Shown piece after piece: positions 1 through 14,200 of a stretch of 64,000 nt of DNA; within the stretch, counting starts at the first letter, position 1, and each line of letters opens with the position of its first letter. A model generated the notes under the pieces. The model was not told the DNA's origin. It saw only the letters and a program-made list of their open reading frames with translations, and searched no databases. A program made the translations under genes and the position numbers. Origin of the DNA: Octopus sinensis (Eukaryota); contig NC_043000.1 of NCBI RefSeq assembly GCF_006345805.1, positions 67,828,001 to 67,892,000 on the forward strand, written 5' to 3'.

Positions 1-3000
1 TATTTCGTAGGGAATTTAGGGTATCTTTGAACAACAGGTTTTAAGTTAATACGTAGGGAATTTTCTGCGACAGAAATTACTGAACATCTAGAAACTTCGG
101 GGTTCGAGAGGAATGTAATATAAATAAGAGAGAGAGAAAATATTTCGTAGGGAATTAGGGTATCTTTGAACAACAGGTTTTAAGTTAATACGTAGGGAAT
201 TTTCTGCGACAGAAATTACTGAACATCTAGAAACTTCGGGGTTCGAGAAGAATGTAATATAAATAAGAGAGAGAAAATATTTCGTAGGGAATTTAGGGTA
301 TCTTTGAACAACAGGTTTTAAGTTAATACGTAGGGAATTTTCTGCGACAGAAATTACTGAACATCTAGAAACTTCGGGGTTCGAGAAGAATGTAATATAA
401 ATAAGAGAGAGAGAAAATATTTCGTAGGGAATTTAGGGTATCTTTGAACAACAGGTTTTAAGTAATACGTAGGGAATTTTCTGCGACAGAAATTACTGAA
501 CATCTAGAAACTTCGGGGTTCGAGAAGAATGTAATAAAATAAGAGAGAGAGAAAATATTTCGTAGGGAATTTAGGGTATCTTTGAACAACAGGTTTTAAG
601 TTAATACGTAGGGAATTTTCTGCGACAGAAATTACTGAACATCTAGAAACTTCGGGGTTCGAGAAGAATGTAATATAAAAAGAGAGAGAGAAAATATTTC
701 GTAGGGAATTTAGGGTATCTTTGAACAACAGGTTTTAAGTTAATACGTAGGGAATTTTCTGCGACAGAAATTACTGAACATCTAGAAACTTCGGGGTTCG
801 ATTAAAACATAATATAAATAGGAGAGAGGAGAATATTGTAGTGAATTCTGGGGATGGAATAACAACGGGATGACACTGAAATTAAAGGAGGAATTTAAAA
901 TGCATGACAGACAGGAAGCCATGCATACAAGATGGCGAAACAAATAATAGAGAACGGGATTTAGGGTTACGAATCAACGCTTAAAAAATGAATATGAATG
1001 ACAGGTTGTAGTTAAATTCGCTTAGCTGGTCATTTTTCGAGTCAGTGTTTTGTCAGCAAGATGTAGAATCGAGAAGAAGGACGAGATAAATCGAACACTG
1101 CTTTATAAAGGGTTAGGGATTGGGGGGGGGGATTATCAGGTGGAAGCATGAGGAAAGAGAGAGAGAGAGAGCTAAGGGACAACATGTTTAATTCGTAAGG
1201 AATTTTCTGCACAGAAATTACTGAACATCTAGAAACTTCGGGGTTCGAGAAGAATGTAATATAAATAAGAGAGAGAGAAAATATTTCGTAGGGAATTTAG
1301 GGTATCTTTGAACAACAGGTTTTAAGTTAATACGTAGGGAATTTTCTGCGACAGAAATTACTGAACATCTAGAAACTTCGGGGTTCGATTAAAACATAAT
1401 ATAAATAGGAGAGAGGAGAATATTGTAGTGAATTCTGGGGATGGAATAACAACGGGATGACACTGAAATTAAAGGAGGAATTTAAAATGCATGACAGACA
1501 GGAAGCCATGCATACAAGATGGCGAAACAAATAATAGAGAAACGGGATTTAGGGTTACGAATCAACGCTTAAAAAATGAATATGAATGACAGGTTGTAAG
1601 TTAAATTCGCTTAGCTGGTCATTTTTCGAGTCAGTGTTTTGTCAGCAAGATGTAGAATCGAGAAGAAGGACGAGATAAATCGAACACTGCTTTATAAAGG
1701 GTTAGGGATTGGGGGGGGGGATTATCAGGTGGAAGCATGAGGAAAGAGAGAGAGAGAGAGCTAAGGGACAACATGTTTAATTCGTAAGGAATTTTCTGCA
1801 ACAGAAATTACTGAACATCTAGAAACTTCGGGGTTCGAGAAGAAGTAATATAAATAAGAGAGAGAGAAAAATTTCGTAGGGAATTTAGGGTATCTTTGAA
1901 CAACAGGTTTTAAGTTAATACGTAGGGAATTTTCTGCGACAGAAATTACTGAACATCTAGAAACTTCGGGGTTCGAGAAGAATGTAATATAAATAAGAGA
2001 GAGAGAAAATATTTCGTAGGGAATTTAGGGTATCTTTGAACAACAGGTTTTAAGTTAATACGTAGGGAATTTTCTGCGACAGAAATTACTGAACATCTAG
2101 AAACTTCGGGGTTCGATTAAAACATAATATAAATAGGAGAGAGGGAGAATATTGTAGTGAATTCTGGGGATGGAATAACAACGGGATGACACTGAAATTA
2201 AAGGAGGAATTTAAAATGCATGACAGACAGGAAGCCATGCATACAAGATGGCGAAACAAATAATAGAGAAACGGGATTTAGGGTTACGAATCAACGCTTA
2301 AAAAATGAATATGAATGACAGGTTGTAAGTTAAATTCGCTTAGCTGGTCATTTTTCGAGTCAGTGTTTTGTCAGCAAGATGTAGAATCGAGAAGAAGGAC
2401 GAGATAAATCGAACACTGCTTTATAAAGGGTTAGGGATTGGGGGGGGGGATTATCAGGTGGAAGCATGAGGAAAGAGAGAGAGAGAGAGCTAAGGGACAA
2501 CATGTTTAATTCGTAAGGAATTTTCTGCAACAGAAATTACTGAACATCTAGAAACTTCGGGGTTCGAGAAGAATGTAATATAAATAAGAGAGAGAGAAAA
2601 TATTTCGTAGGGAATTTAGGGTATCTTTGAACAACAGGTTTTAAGTTAATACGTAGGGAATTTTCTGCGACAGAAATTACTGAACATCTAGAAACTTCGG
2701 GGTTCGATTAAAACATAATATAAATAGGAGAGAGGGAGAATATTGTAGTGAATTCTGGGGATGGAATAACAACGGGATGACACTGAAATTAAAGGAGGAA
2801 TTTAAAATGCATGACAGACAGGAAGCCATGCATACAAGATGGCGAAACAAATAATAGAGAAACGGGATTTAGGGTTACGAATCAACGCTTAAAAAATGAA
2901 TATGAATGACAGGTTGTAAGTTAAATTCGCTTAGCTGGTCATTTTTCGAGTCAGTGTTTTGTCAGCAAGATGTAGAATCGAGAAGAAGGACGAGATAAAT

Positions 3001-4565
3001 CGAACACTGCTTTATAAAGGGTTAGGGATTGGGGGGGGGGGATTATCAGGTGGAAGCATGAGGAAAGAGAGAGGGGGGAAGGAAGAGAGAGAGAGAGCTA
3101 AGGGACAACATGTTTAATTCGTAAGGAATTTTCTGCAACAGAAATTACTGAACATCTAGAAACTTCGGGGTTCGAGAAGAATGTAATATAAATAAGAGAG
3201 AGAGAGAAAATATTTCGTAGGGAATTTAGGGTATCTTTGAACAACAGGTTTTAGTTAATACGTAGGGAATTTTCTGCGACAGAAATTACTGAACATCTAG
3301 AAACTTCGGGGTTCGAGAAGAATGTAATAAAATAAGAGAGAGAGAAAATATTTCGTAGGGAATTTAGGGTATCTTTGAACAACAGGTTTTAAGTTAATAC
3401 GTAGGGAATTTTCTGCGACAGAAATTACTGAACATCTAGAAACTTCGGGGTTCGAGAAGAATGTAATATAAATAAGAGAGAGAGAAAATATTTCGTAGGG
3501 AATTTAGGGTATCTTTGAACAACAGGTTTTAAGTTAATACGTAGGAATTTTCTGCGACAGAAATTACTGAACATCTAGAAACTTCGGGGTTCGAGAGGAA
3601 TGTAATATAAATAAGAGAGAGAGAAAATATTTCGTAGGGAATTTAGGGTATCTTTGAACAACAGGTTTTAAGTTAATACGTAGGGAATTTTCTGCGACAG
3701 AAATTACTGAACATCTAGAAACTTCGGGGTTCGAGAAGAATGTAATATAAATAAGAGAGAGAGAAAATATTTCGTAGGGAATTTAGGGTATCTTTGAACA
3801 ACAGGTTTTAAGTTAATACGTAGGGAATTTTCTGCGACAGAGATTACTGAACTGAACATCTAGAAACTTCGGGGTTCGAGAAGAATGTAATATAAATAAG
3901 AGAGAGAGAAAATATTTCGTAGGGAATTTAGGGTATCTTTGAACAACAGGTTTTAAGTTAATACGTAGGGAATTTTCTGCGCGACAGAATTACTGAACAT
4001 CTAGAAACTTCGGGGTTCGAGAAGAATGTAATATAAATAAGAGAGAGAGAAAATATTTCGTAGGGAATTAGGGTATCTTTGAACAACAGGTTTTAAGTTA
4101 ATACGTAGGAATTTTCTGCGACAGAAATTACTGAACATCTAGAAACTTCGGGGTTCGAGAAGAATGTAATATAATAAGAGAGAGAGAAATATTTCGTAGG
4201 GATTTAGGGTATCTTTGAACAACAGGTTTTAAGTTAATACGTAGGGAATTTTCTGCGACAGAAATACTGAACATCTAGAAACTTCGGGGTTCGATTAAAA
4301 CATAATATAAATAGGAGAGAGGGAGAATATTGTAGTGAATTCTGGGGATGGAATAACAACGGGATGACACTGAAATTAAAGGAGGAATTTAAAATGCATG
4401 ACAGACAGGAAGCCATGCATACAAGATGGCGAAACAAATAATAGAGAAACGGGATTTAGGGTTACGAATCAATGCTTAAAAAATGAATATGAATGACAGG
4501 TTGTAAGTTAAATTCGCTTAGCTGGTCATTTTTCGAGTCAGTGTTTTGTCAGCAAGATGTAGAAT
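1..4565. repeat. Higher-order tandem satellite: ~139-bp monomer interspersed with five copies of a ~390-bp longer block
   Basis: Monomer TATTTCGTAGGGAATTTAGGG...GAGAGAGAAAA recurs at 1, 141, 278, 418, 556, 695 etc. The long block beginning ATTAAAACATAAT starts at 801, 1388, 2116, 2707 and 4294; the last copy is truncated at ~4565. Copies are near-identical. Confidence 0.97.
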
Positions 4566-4631
4566 GTTATTTTTAAAATAAGCAATCACATCGTCAAAAT
4601 CCCAAAGCTACAAGATAATGCATGATTAATT

Positions 4632-5062
4632 AGGTGTGGCTGTATGGTAAGAAGCTTGCCTCCCAACCACATGATTCTGGGTTCAGTCCCTCTGCATGAC
4701 ACTTTGGACAAGTGTTTTCTACAATAACCTTGGGCAAACAAAGCCTTGTGAGTGGATTTGGTAGACAGAAACTGAAAGAAGCTCATCATATACATATATA
4801 TATATGAGTGTGTGTATGTGTCTTTGTGCCTGTGTTTGTCCGCCCCCCCCACCACCACCACCACCATCACCTGACAACCGCTGTTGTTGTGTTTACATCC
4901 CTGTAATTTAGCAGTTCGGTAAAGGAGACCAACAGAATAAGTACTAGGCTTACAAAGAATAAATCTTGGGGTCGATTTCTTTGACTAAAAAAATAACCTT
5001 TAAAGGCAGTGCTCCAGCATGGCCACAGTTAAATGATTGAAACAAGCTGAATAAAAGAATAA
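4632..5062 (+). mobile_element. tRNA-derived SINE (octopus-type family A)
   Basis: Head GGTGTGGCTGTATGGTAAGAAGCTTG..GGTTCAGTCCC with A/B-box-like motifs, internal CA/TA microsatellite, shared tail; many copies in window. Confidence 0.8.
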
Positions 5063-5141
5063 ATAAGCATTTCATTGGATAGAATAATCTGAATGCTAAA
5101 GGGTTAATACAAAAACAAAAAAAAAGAAACAATTATTTTAC

Positions 5142-5252
5142 TTCATCAGACAGCTCCACAGGTAGAGTTCCAGTTCCATCATTTAACATACATTTTAATT
5201 GCCATTTGCCATTTGCTCGAGTCATCCTGCTTAATAATGTTGATATATAGCC
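5142..5252 (-). CDS. RMI1: RMI1 coding exon 12 (GYISTLLSRMTRANGKWQLKCMLNDGTGTLPVELSDE)
   Basis: TTCAACAG acceptor, GTAAAA donor, phase 0/0; OB2 W..DGT motif. No stop, so more exons lie outside the window. Confidence 0.9.
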
Positions 5253-8200
5253 CTGTTGAAAAAAAAAAAGAATATTTGTAGGGAATTTGAAAACTCTAAA
5301 ATGTTGATTTCTAAGACTCAAAATCATAAATTTTAGTAAAGGAACACCTGACAATAGTGACTCTGATATTTGACTAGCATTAATTAACTCCAGAAAGATG
5401 AAAGGTAAAGTCAACCAGGGCAAAATTCAAATTCAGTACCTAAAGATGCACAAGTAAATACTGTTCAATATTTCATCCTACACTTTAATGATCTGAGGAT
5501 ATGAATAAAATTTCATTTCAAGGGGTTACGTTATCATCACCATCATTTCATCATTTAACATCTGTTTTCCATGCTGACATGGGTTGGACAGTTTGAGAGG
5601 AGCTGACCAATTGAAGAGCTGCCTGGGCTCCATGTCTGTTTTGGTATGCTTTCTATGGTTGGATACCCTTCCTTATGCCAACCACTTTACAGTGTCTACT
5701 TAGTACTTTTTATGTGGCACCAGCATCTTCAAGCCTAGAAGATTAGGATCACTCAGCTGAAGAGGGCTTTAGGGGACATGCCTGTATGCAAGGACAACCA
5801 TGCTTTTACTTGGTGTAACATGTCTCTCAAGTAAACTGCCAGATGTCTCAGTCCCTTAACGCGAGGAATCCATTCTCTTCATAGTAAACAAAGCAAGATA
5901 TTATTTAACTTGATTTTCTTCACAAAAATCATAAAAAGAATGTTTTTGTTTTCTTTTTCTTCATACTGAAGTGAGACAAATCAAAAGGGATAAACAATAA
6001 ACAGCTCTCACTCCCCAATCCTGCCCTTGCACCCCTGTTCCTCTATATCATTGCTACCCGGTAGCCTCTCCAACTCTATATATACCCACTTCTTTCGCCA
6101 TTTACTCGCACTCCCTTCGCAATATTCTGTCACTTATATTATGGCATTTGAAACTCAAACCCTGGCACTTGCCACAATCTAAATCTCTCTCTTCCTTTAC
6201 TAACCATCTCGTTTATACTCTGATCCTTGTTCCTTGTGAGTATGTCCTGTATTTTGCCACCGTCACCATCCTGCAGCCTCCCTCTCTCTCTCCTGTCTCT
6301 CCTGCACTTCCCTCAGGTTGGGCAACCGTGTATTTTCTTTGCAGTAGCACACCTGTTTCTGTCTTCATTCCTGATCTTTCTCTCTCCGGCCAGGTAACCT
6401 TGTACTTCCTATACAGCAAGACACCTGTATCTGTCTCACTATAACCTTTTCATCATCACCTCCTCCAATGCCTTCTCCCCTCTTAAAAGTTTTTGTCTTG
6501 CAAGTACTTGGTGACCCTGTCAGTGCAGGTGCCACTTAAAAGCACCCAGTCCACAGTTAAGTGGTTGGTGTTTGGAAGCTGTAAAAACCTTGCCAAAACT
6601 GACCACGCCTATGCTTGTGCCACATAAAAAGCACTAAGTCCACTCTGCTGAGTGGTTAGTGTTAGGAAGGGCATCCAGCTATAAAAATCCTGCCAAAACA
6701 GTCACAGAAGTCTGGTGCAGGCTTCGGCCTGGCCAGCTTTTGTGGTACCATCCAACCCATGCTAGCATGGAACACAGACATTAAATGATGATGATGATGA
6801 TAGATGAATAAATATTGCTTAAATGCATAATCAATAACCATTTAACCCTTTCGTTACCAAACCGCCCAAAGCCGCCCGAATTTACCTATTCATATTTAAA
6901 TGAGAATATCAGAGCAAATCTCTTTAGTACATTCGTGAAAACACGTGATTATACTTCGTAAACAGTTCATCTACAGTTTTGTACAACGATCAACGTGTAA
7001 TTTTAATTCCCTGAATTTTGGGAGATTTTTTTCCACATTTTTTTCGGCATCGATTTTTCTTCAACTTTGAAAATGGATTGGAGTTTTATGTTATCAAGCA
7101 TTGATTCTGAATTGAAAAATTTGTGAAGCAAATACTGGGTACTGTTGTGGATTTAGTTTTTATACAGGGAAACTAATGTTAGTCAGCATGGCTTAGGGTA
7201 TGATGTGGTCTGGGAGTTATTGTTTGAAGCGATCAATGCGGAAACAAACTTACACAAAATGTAAACAAACACAAAATGGGGGTTCAAATTTCGGAAAATT
7301 TGTGAAGCAAATACTGAGTACTGCATGGATTTAGTTATTATACAGGGAAAATAATGTTAGTCAGCATGGCCTAGGGAACGATGTGGTCTGGAATTTATCA
7401 CTTCCATAACCAGGGCCGTATATTATTTTTTGACTGATTTCTTTAGTTCAGTCAAACTTCCGGTGGATTCCAGTATTTCACTTTATTCCACCTTTATGGT
7501 ACACATGTTGTGCATTAAATTCAACTGATGATATAGTGATGTGCACAATTCTTCTTTATCAAAATTTTGTTGCATACCCATTTGAATATTCATTTTCTAT
7601 GGTGATGTTTAAACAAAATTTTAATATTTTTACCTTTTGCTCAATTTAAAATTTTAATATTTTTACCTTTTGCTCAATTTACCTGGATTTACCTGTAATT
7701 AAAGTCACTTTGAGGCAAAAGTTATGCAATAGAATTGATTAAGAACCCTTTCTTTAATTATGTTCCAAATATCACATTAATATGTTGATAAGTAAAAAAG
7801 TTACAGTTATTTAATGAAACAAGCCTAGATTCATGAATACTTTAGAATTTAATTGAAACTCATGAGGGGTGTATTTTGGTCAGAAATATAGTAACGAAAG
7901 GGTTAAGCAATAAATTCTTGTATGTGATCATTAATACTACTTTTATATGACTGTGAGAATAAGGTTGGAAAACTAAAAGTCATTTAGCTGAACCATCTGT
8001 AAGAATTTTATCATGCTTCTTTTTAAGATACAAGATCTAATTGTTATCAATACAAACAACACTGGTTGAGGTTCATTTTTCAATACTAGAATCTTTATTG
8101 TCGTATTTTCCATGTGGAATGGTCCAACATAATCACAACCATTTGACCTATCTAACTACTTTAAATCTACTTCATGTACACTTTGTTATCAATTTACATT

Positions 8201-11200
8201 TCTTTACTAAATATAGTCTTTCATAACAAGCTGACTTTTACTTGACTTATTCCTCATCCCTAGTCACTACTAACTCTAACCATTACACAATACACAACCA
8301 CTAAGTGAGCCTGTGTGTGGTTGCTCAAACTGCTAAAAATAACATCAAATTTCCCTACAACTACATTAGATAAGGTAATCCTGGCAGCCGCAGCTGCTGC
8401 CGCCACCACCACCACAACCATCAGAATCCTCATCCTTAACCCTTTAGTATTCAAATTTCTTATTGAAATATAACGGTTATTTATTCATGTTGTCTGGAAT
8501 TAATTCTACATTGTCTTGTATCTTCATGACTTTGATGATGCAATTGTATATTTTTAGAATGACATTGTAGGAGAGATGTGAGAGGTTTGATATAGTCGGT
8601 TTTAGCATAAAATATACTGAATATTGGGGCTGGTTATGGCCAGTTTAAATACTAAAGGGTTAATGTTCTTTTTTCCAAGTTGGCATAGGCTAAACAGTTT
8701 GACAGGAACCAACAAGGCAGAAGGTTGTGCTGAGCTCCAATGTCTGCTTTAGCATGGTTTCTGCAGTTGGATGCTCTTCCTAACACCAACTGCTTTACAG
8801 AGTGTACTGGGTGCTTTCTTTGCAGCACTGCCACTAGAAAGATAACCAAGTACTTGCAAGACAAGACCTTTCAACTGAGTGGAGTACAGTACTGAAAGTA
8901 TACCAGAGTGACAGAAACAGATGTTTTATTGAAGATGTGAATAAATGGTTTCCCAGCTATGGGGGAGGGGGAGATACATGGTGAGGTTATAACCCTTAAG
9001 GTACAAATTGAATGTGATAGAGAGAATGAGTGAGTGGGTAGATAAGTGTGTTAGAGTGTGAAAAGAATGTGACAGATGACTAGATATAGGAACAAAAGCA
9101 GACACAGTAAATATCAGTTAGAGAAGGGGAATATATTGTCTGTAAATAAGATGCGATCATCAGTTGACCTGGTAGCAGGTTATCAACAACATTACACTAC
9201 TGACATACTCCTTACATAACCAGCCTTTTGGCAAGAGAAACTTTTTGATGACAACATGTTTAAAACTTCTTGTTCTAGCTCCATACCCAGACATAATTAG
9301 ATCAACAAATTAGCAAAATTTATCTATTAACATTAACAAACTATTCAAATTAAGTTTTTTAGAACATATGAAACATTTAACCCTTTAGCATTCAAATTAT
9401 TCTATCAAACATAACACTTATTTATTCATTATCTTGTAGCCTTGAGATTTCGATTATGTGACTGCATATTTTTTAGACTAACATTGTAGGGTAGGTGTGA
9501 GAGACTGATCTGGCCAGTTTGAATATAAAGCAGGAAGAATATTTTGACTGGATATGGCCAGTTGAAATGCTAAAGGGTTAAAAAGCATGCCCGAAATATT
9601 TTGATGGATATTTGATTTTAGAATTGTTGCCCTTTATAGGAGTCATTTCAGGAAATTGAAGTAAACTTGAGGAAGAATCGTTTACTGAACCATGAGGGCT
9701 GAGCCTCTGACTTTCCATAAAAAGAGGAGACTATAAGGGATCAAAGTTTATATTACAACAGAATAATATATATCAATAATATCTTCCCTTCCCCTGTTCC
9801 ATGCTATGCCAACTCCCCCAATTAGTACCTGTTCTACTACTGTTACACTCCACTACCACCCTGTCTCAGCTATTAATCTATTCCTCTCATCTTCCTTACA
9901 CTCCCTCATCACATTACCTAAAATTATCTCTCTCTCTCTCTCTTTTCTTCGCTTCTGTTCACCTCCACTCATGAGCCCTTAATCTTACAGCACACAAGGC
10001 AATCTTAAATAGTGCTAGAGCTACAAAAGAAAATGTACTTAGTACTTTTTGTAAAGTGGTTGACATTAAGGACAGCCAACCATAGAAACCATGCTAAAGC
10101 AGACACTGAAGTGCTTCACTTTTACAGATTCTGCTGAACCATGCAACCCACACCAATATGGAGGCTGGATCTGACATATTCATGGTGGTGGTGATGATGC
10201 TAAGCAAATGATTTACTTTGAAACAAAGATTAGAACACATGTAGTGAGAAGAACATTTGCATTGTGATAGAATCATTGTAGCCTTTAGAAACACACAAAC
10301 TGTTTTGCTAAATTTTATTTTCATGTAATAATTTGTAATTATAGCAATCCCTCGACTATCGCATGTGTTACGTTCCAAAACCCTTTGCAATAGGTGAAAA
10401 TCCGCAAAGTAGAAATAGTACTGTACTGTATACTTTTTTAAAATTATTTTTATAAATTGTATATATTTATTTTATTATAAATGCAAAACAACATCACGGA
10501 GGAATCGATGTTAGCTTAAATAATAAACCGCAATAGGTGAACTGCAGGGATTACTGTATATTATATATTATCAGATGTTGAAGTGTTTAATTTGCATATT
10601 TACAACCTGGCTCTACTTCAATATATCTCTATAGAATGATGAGCAGAAAGTACTCCACTGTAAGAAAAACAATGAAGTGTGTAATAAGACTAAAATATGT
10701 CTTGTACTATCAAAAATTAGTCAATACTCATACTCAATGGGAGGGTTATCTCCCCTACCTTTTTAAGAGAATCGATCATTATTATACTTTTTGTCTTCAC
10801 TACATGCATAACTTTAGTTAATTATAAATTTTGGGCTCACTATATTTTACTATTCTAAACAAAACTAGTTACAATTCATTTAATATACTATGAAGACAGA
10901 AAACTGACTAAATAGATGTGAACATGTCAAGATAATGCCTTAATATGGTGTGCAGTTCACCAAATTGAAAACAAAATACCAGTTGAAGACAGCATTTCTG
11001 CTGAGTTCTTCAAAGCTGGTTCTGGACTTTTTGTGCCTTAGCTACTATTATGTAATTTCAATAATTCGAGATGCTAAAAATTTTCCACAAGACTGAATTT
11101 GCTTGATAGAACTATATGTGGCAAATTTGTCACTTATACTTCCATAGTACTTCCACTGTGCTTACAGATGTCTGTACTGTAAGGTTGTCTCCATTCTGGT

Positions 11201-14200
11201 CTGGTTACAATGATCAAATTATTATACACTGACAGGCCCTAAGATACAAGTGGTAATTCCAATAGTACACAGTTAATCGTCATTGTCATCATTTAACGTC
11301 CACCTTACATACATGCATTTAATGCATTTGTAAACTTTGCAACAATTTCCTGCATCTTTCTATTCCTATGCATCACCAGCTACTGTAAAGTATCAAACAG
11401 GCAAATTAGTATATCATGGAAATTGCTCTTCCTCATAGAGGCATACTATTCCAGTATATTGATCAATCTCAAAGCAAATAGGAAGAACTAGGTCTGTAGT
11501 AAAAAGTAGTTTCAAAAGTTTATTTGACCCTGTGACAGATTTGTGGAAACCATTGGTGATTTAGCCCTTTCCATCAGAAAGAATGCAAATTATGACATCT
11601 ATACTTTACCCATGGAAATAAGAGATGTAAATCAAATGATATTATTTCAAATAAGAACTGAAACTAAATCAATTATTTTATCAAAAACTTACAACCAGAT
11701 TTACAGTTCTCCTCCCAAAAAGAAGAAACACAAACACAAAATTTCAATAACAAAGATGAATAAATTAAGCTAAACAAACTGATAATAAAACTCTATCTTA
11801 TTAGCCATCATCATCATCATTTAACATCCATTTTTCATGCTGCCATGGGTTGGATGGTTTCACTGAAAACTGGTAAGCTGGGGAGCTGCACTAGGTTCCA
11901 ATCAGATTTGGCACGGTTTCTACAGCTGAATGCTCCTCCTAATGCCAACCACTCCAAGAGTGTAGTGGGTACTTTTTACATGTCACCAGCATGGGTGCCA
12001 GTTACAAAACATTGGCATCGGCTTAACAAGTCTATAATTTTTTTTTTGTTCTACTACGGTAGCATGTTGCCTGAAAATTTGGATATTAATAAATACAAAT
12101 AAAAAAATTTTTAGAACAACCTTTTTTCAAGTAACATACAGAATCTGTGGTCAGTACTCTAAATTCACAATCTATAGCCATTTTAACATATTAACAATTC
12201 AACATAACTATTTGCTATCTGTTTCAAGCTGCCATTAATATTTCTAATATTACTTGATACTAGTTTTGGCTGTATATTCTAACAAATATTCCTAATGTTT
12301 TAGAAATAAAAACCAGTGTAATTGCCAAAATCTCTAAAATTATGCACAGGCCTTACCTTAATGTAAAATTTAATTGATTCTGCTTGTAAGTTGTAAGCTT
12401 TCAATAGAAATAGGTAAGTGAATGGAATTTTATGGACATCAACTGAAAATATTGTGGAAAAGATTACAATACTGTTTTAGTAAAAAGGTTCGTTAATAAT
12501 TCAAGAATATAAAATTTACAATAAAGAATTCAAGGAATTTTCAATCAGTAAATATTTCTATATCACCAACATTTCTCTTATATTCAAACACTAGTTACAA
12601 AAGTCTACATTAGACGTAGTGGATATCCTATGGACATCAACTGGTGAAATAAATATATTCAGCTCATGCCTTCTGATTTCCTTTATATTTTATACACTCA
12701 TCACAAAATAATTTTCACAGATTGGATTTACTGGATTTCAACTGCAGAGGACTGAACAGTACATTCCTATGTAGTGTTTACTATGTGGTATGTAGCTGGA
12801 TCCACTAAAAGAGCCTTTTCATGATTACCGCTGGATTATATAAGTCCATATATTGTACATTAAATTTATAATGTTATATGCGTATTTTAAATCAATAGCA
12901 GGTATACTGTTTTATTGCTCAATAATCTATAAATTTTGTAAATATGACTTTAATCTATTTCACTTCTTGTTTAGCTTTAATTCATTTTAGCTATTACAGT
13001 TAAGGCCATGGAGCACTACTTTTTATAACTCATTTCCAATTTTGTACTCAGGCAGCTCAAATCTCATTTTCCATAGATTGATTTTGGTGCACCACTAAAT
13101 TCATATTTCACAACTACTATCATGCTTTTCTTTCTACTATCACTACTAAACAAATTACATGAACTTCCTCAACATTTAGTAAATATTTTGGGGGGGTATT
13201 AGATGTTCTGGCACAGCCATTTTGGCATCATTTATTTGCTGATTCAATGCTGACTTATTTTACATCAGACATTTTAATATGTGTGTGTGTCTCTCTGCCT
13301 GTGTATATTTCTGCATTAACAAACGTGTGTGTGTGTATGTGTGTATGTGTGTGCACGCACGCACACATGTTTGCCTCCAGCACCAAAACAGGTGGAATGT
13401 CGAGTCATCCATGTCAAACCAACATCCAAATACCTGCATCAAATCATTTCACTCTGTGTTTCCATTTTACAAGATCCCTGCATGTATTAAATAAATATAT
13501 ATTGCAATTACAAAACTAATCTGACTTAGAATAATCATCAAAATTTTTTCTAATGTGATTATTTGATTATTACATGAAAAAAATACCTTATAAAATAATT
13601 CAAATAATTATTAAACACCTACCTTTTGAAAGACAAGGAAATATGTTTGACTGAATATGACTTTGAGTGCTCAGTTTTGTCCATTTGTTCATTAAATGCT
13701 CTATGCTATTAGAAGTGGATGTTGAAGAATCATTGTAGGATTCAAACTGACTAGCATCAGACTTCTTTTTGTTTGAGTTTATATCAAGAGTAGATAACTG
13801 CTTGTTATATTTAGATGTTACTGAAGAAGTGGGTTTTTGATGTGCTTTTAACCTAGAAGTACTTATTTCATCATGCGTTACTGATGGAGCCATGGATGTA
13901 GAAGAGTGAATGTCAGAATTTTGTGGTTTCGTTTCATTTTCAAATTCAATGTCATTTAACATAGCAACTTCCATTTCATCTTCATCCCAATTTTCCTCAA
14001 AGTGGGAAATTTCGCTTGGCTGTGAAACTGGTTTTTCATTTGATTTCTTTGGAATATTTAAGTCAGCATTTTCATCAAGTTCTTGCATAAAATCCAGATC
14101 ATCCCACTAAAATAGAAAAAATACATATTTGGTCTTTTCAAACAAAATATTTCTAATTTAATCTGGAAAAAGTACTTTTATTAATATAACTTAATAAGTC

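Noticed and set aside
78-107. Hammerhead in the satellite monomer (CTGAACA TCTA GAAAC TTCG GGGTT)
   Set aside because: G8 is absent, stem II is too short and there is no stem I pairing.
504-728. Track ORF in the satellite (also 4234-4437)
   Set aside because: Chance open frame across monomers.
1-4565. CRISPR array or telomere
   Set aside because: Intervening sequences are identical rather than unique spacers, the context is eukaryotic, and TTAGGG occurs only as isolated motifs.
11163-11238. Candidate RMI1 exon between exons 11 and 12
   Set aside because: Not needed: exons 11 and 12 join in phase with continuous OB2 motifs, and the peptide has no RMI1 resemblance.
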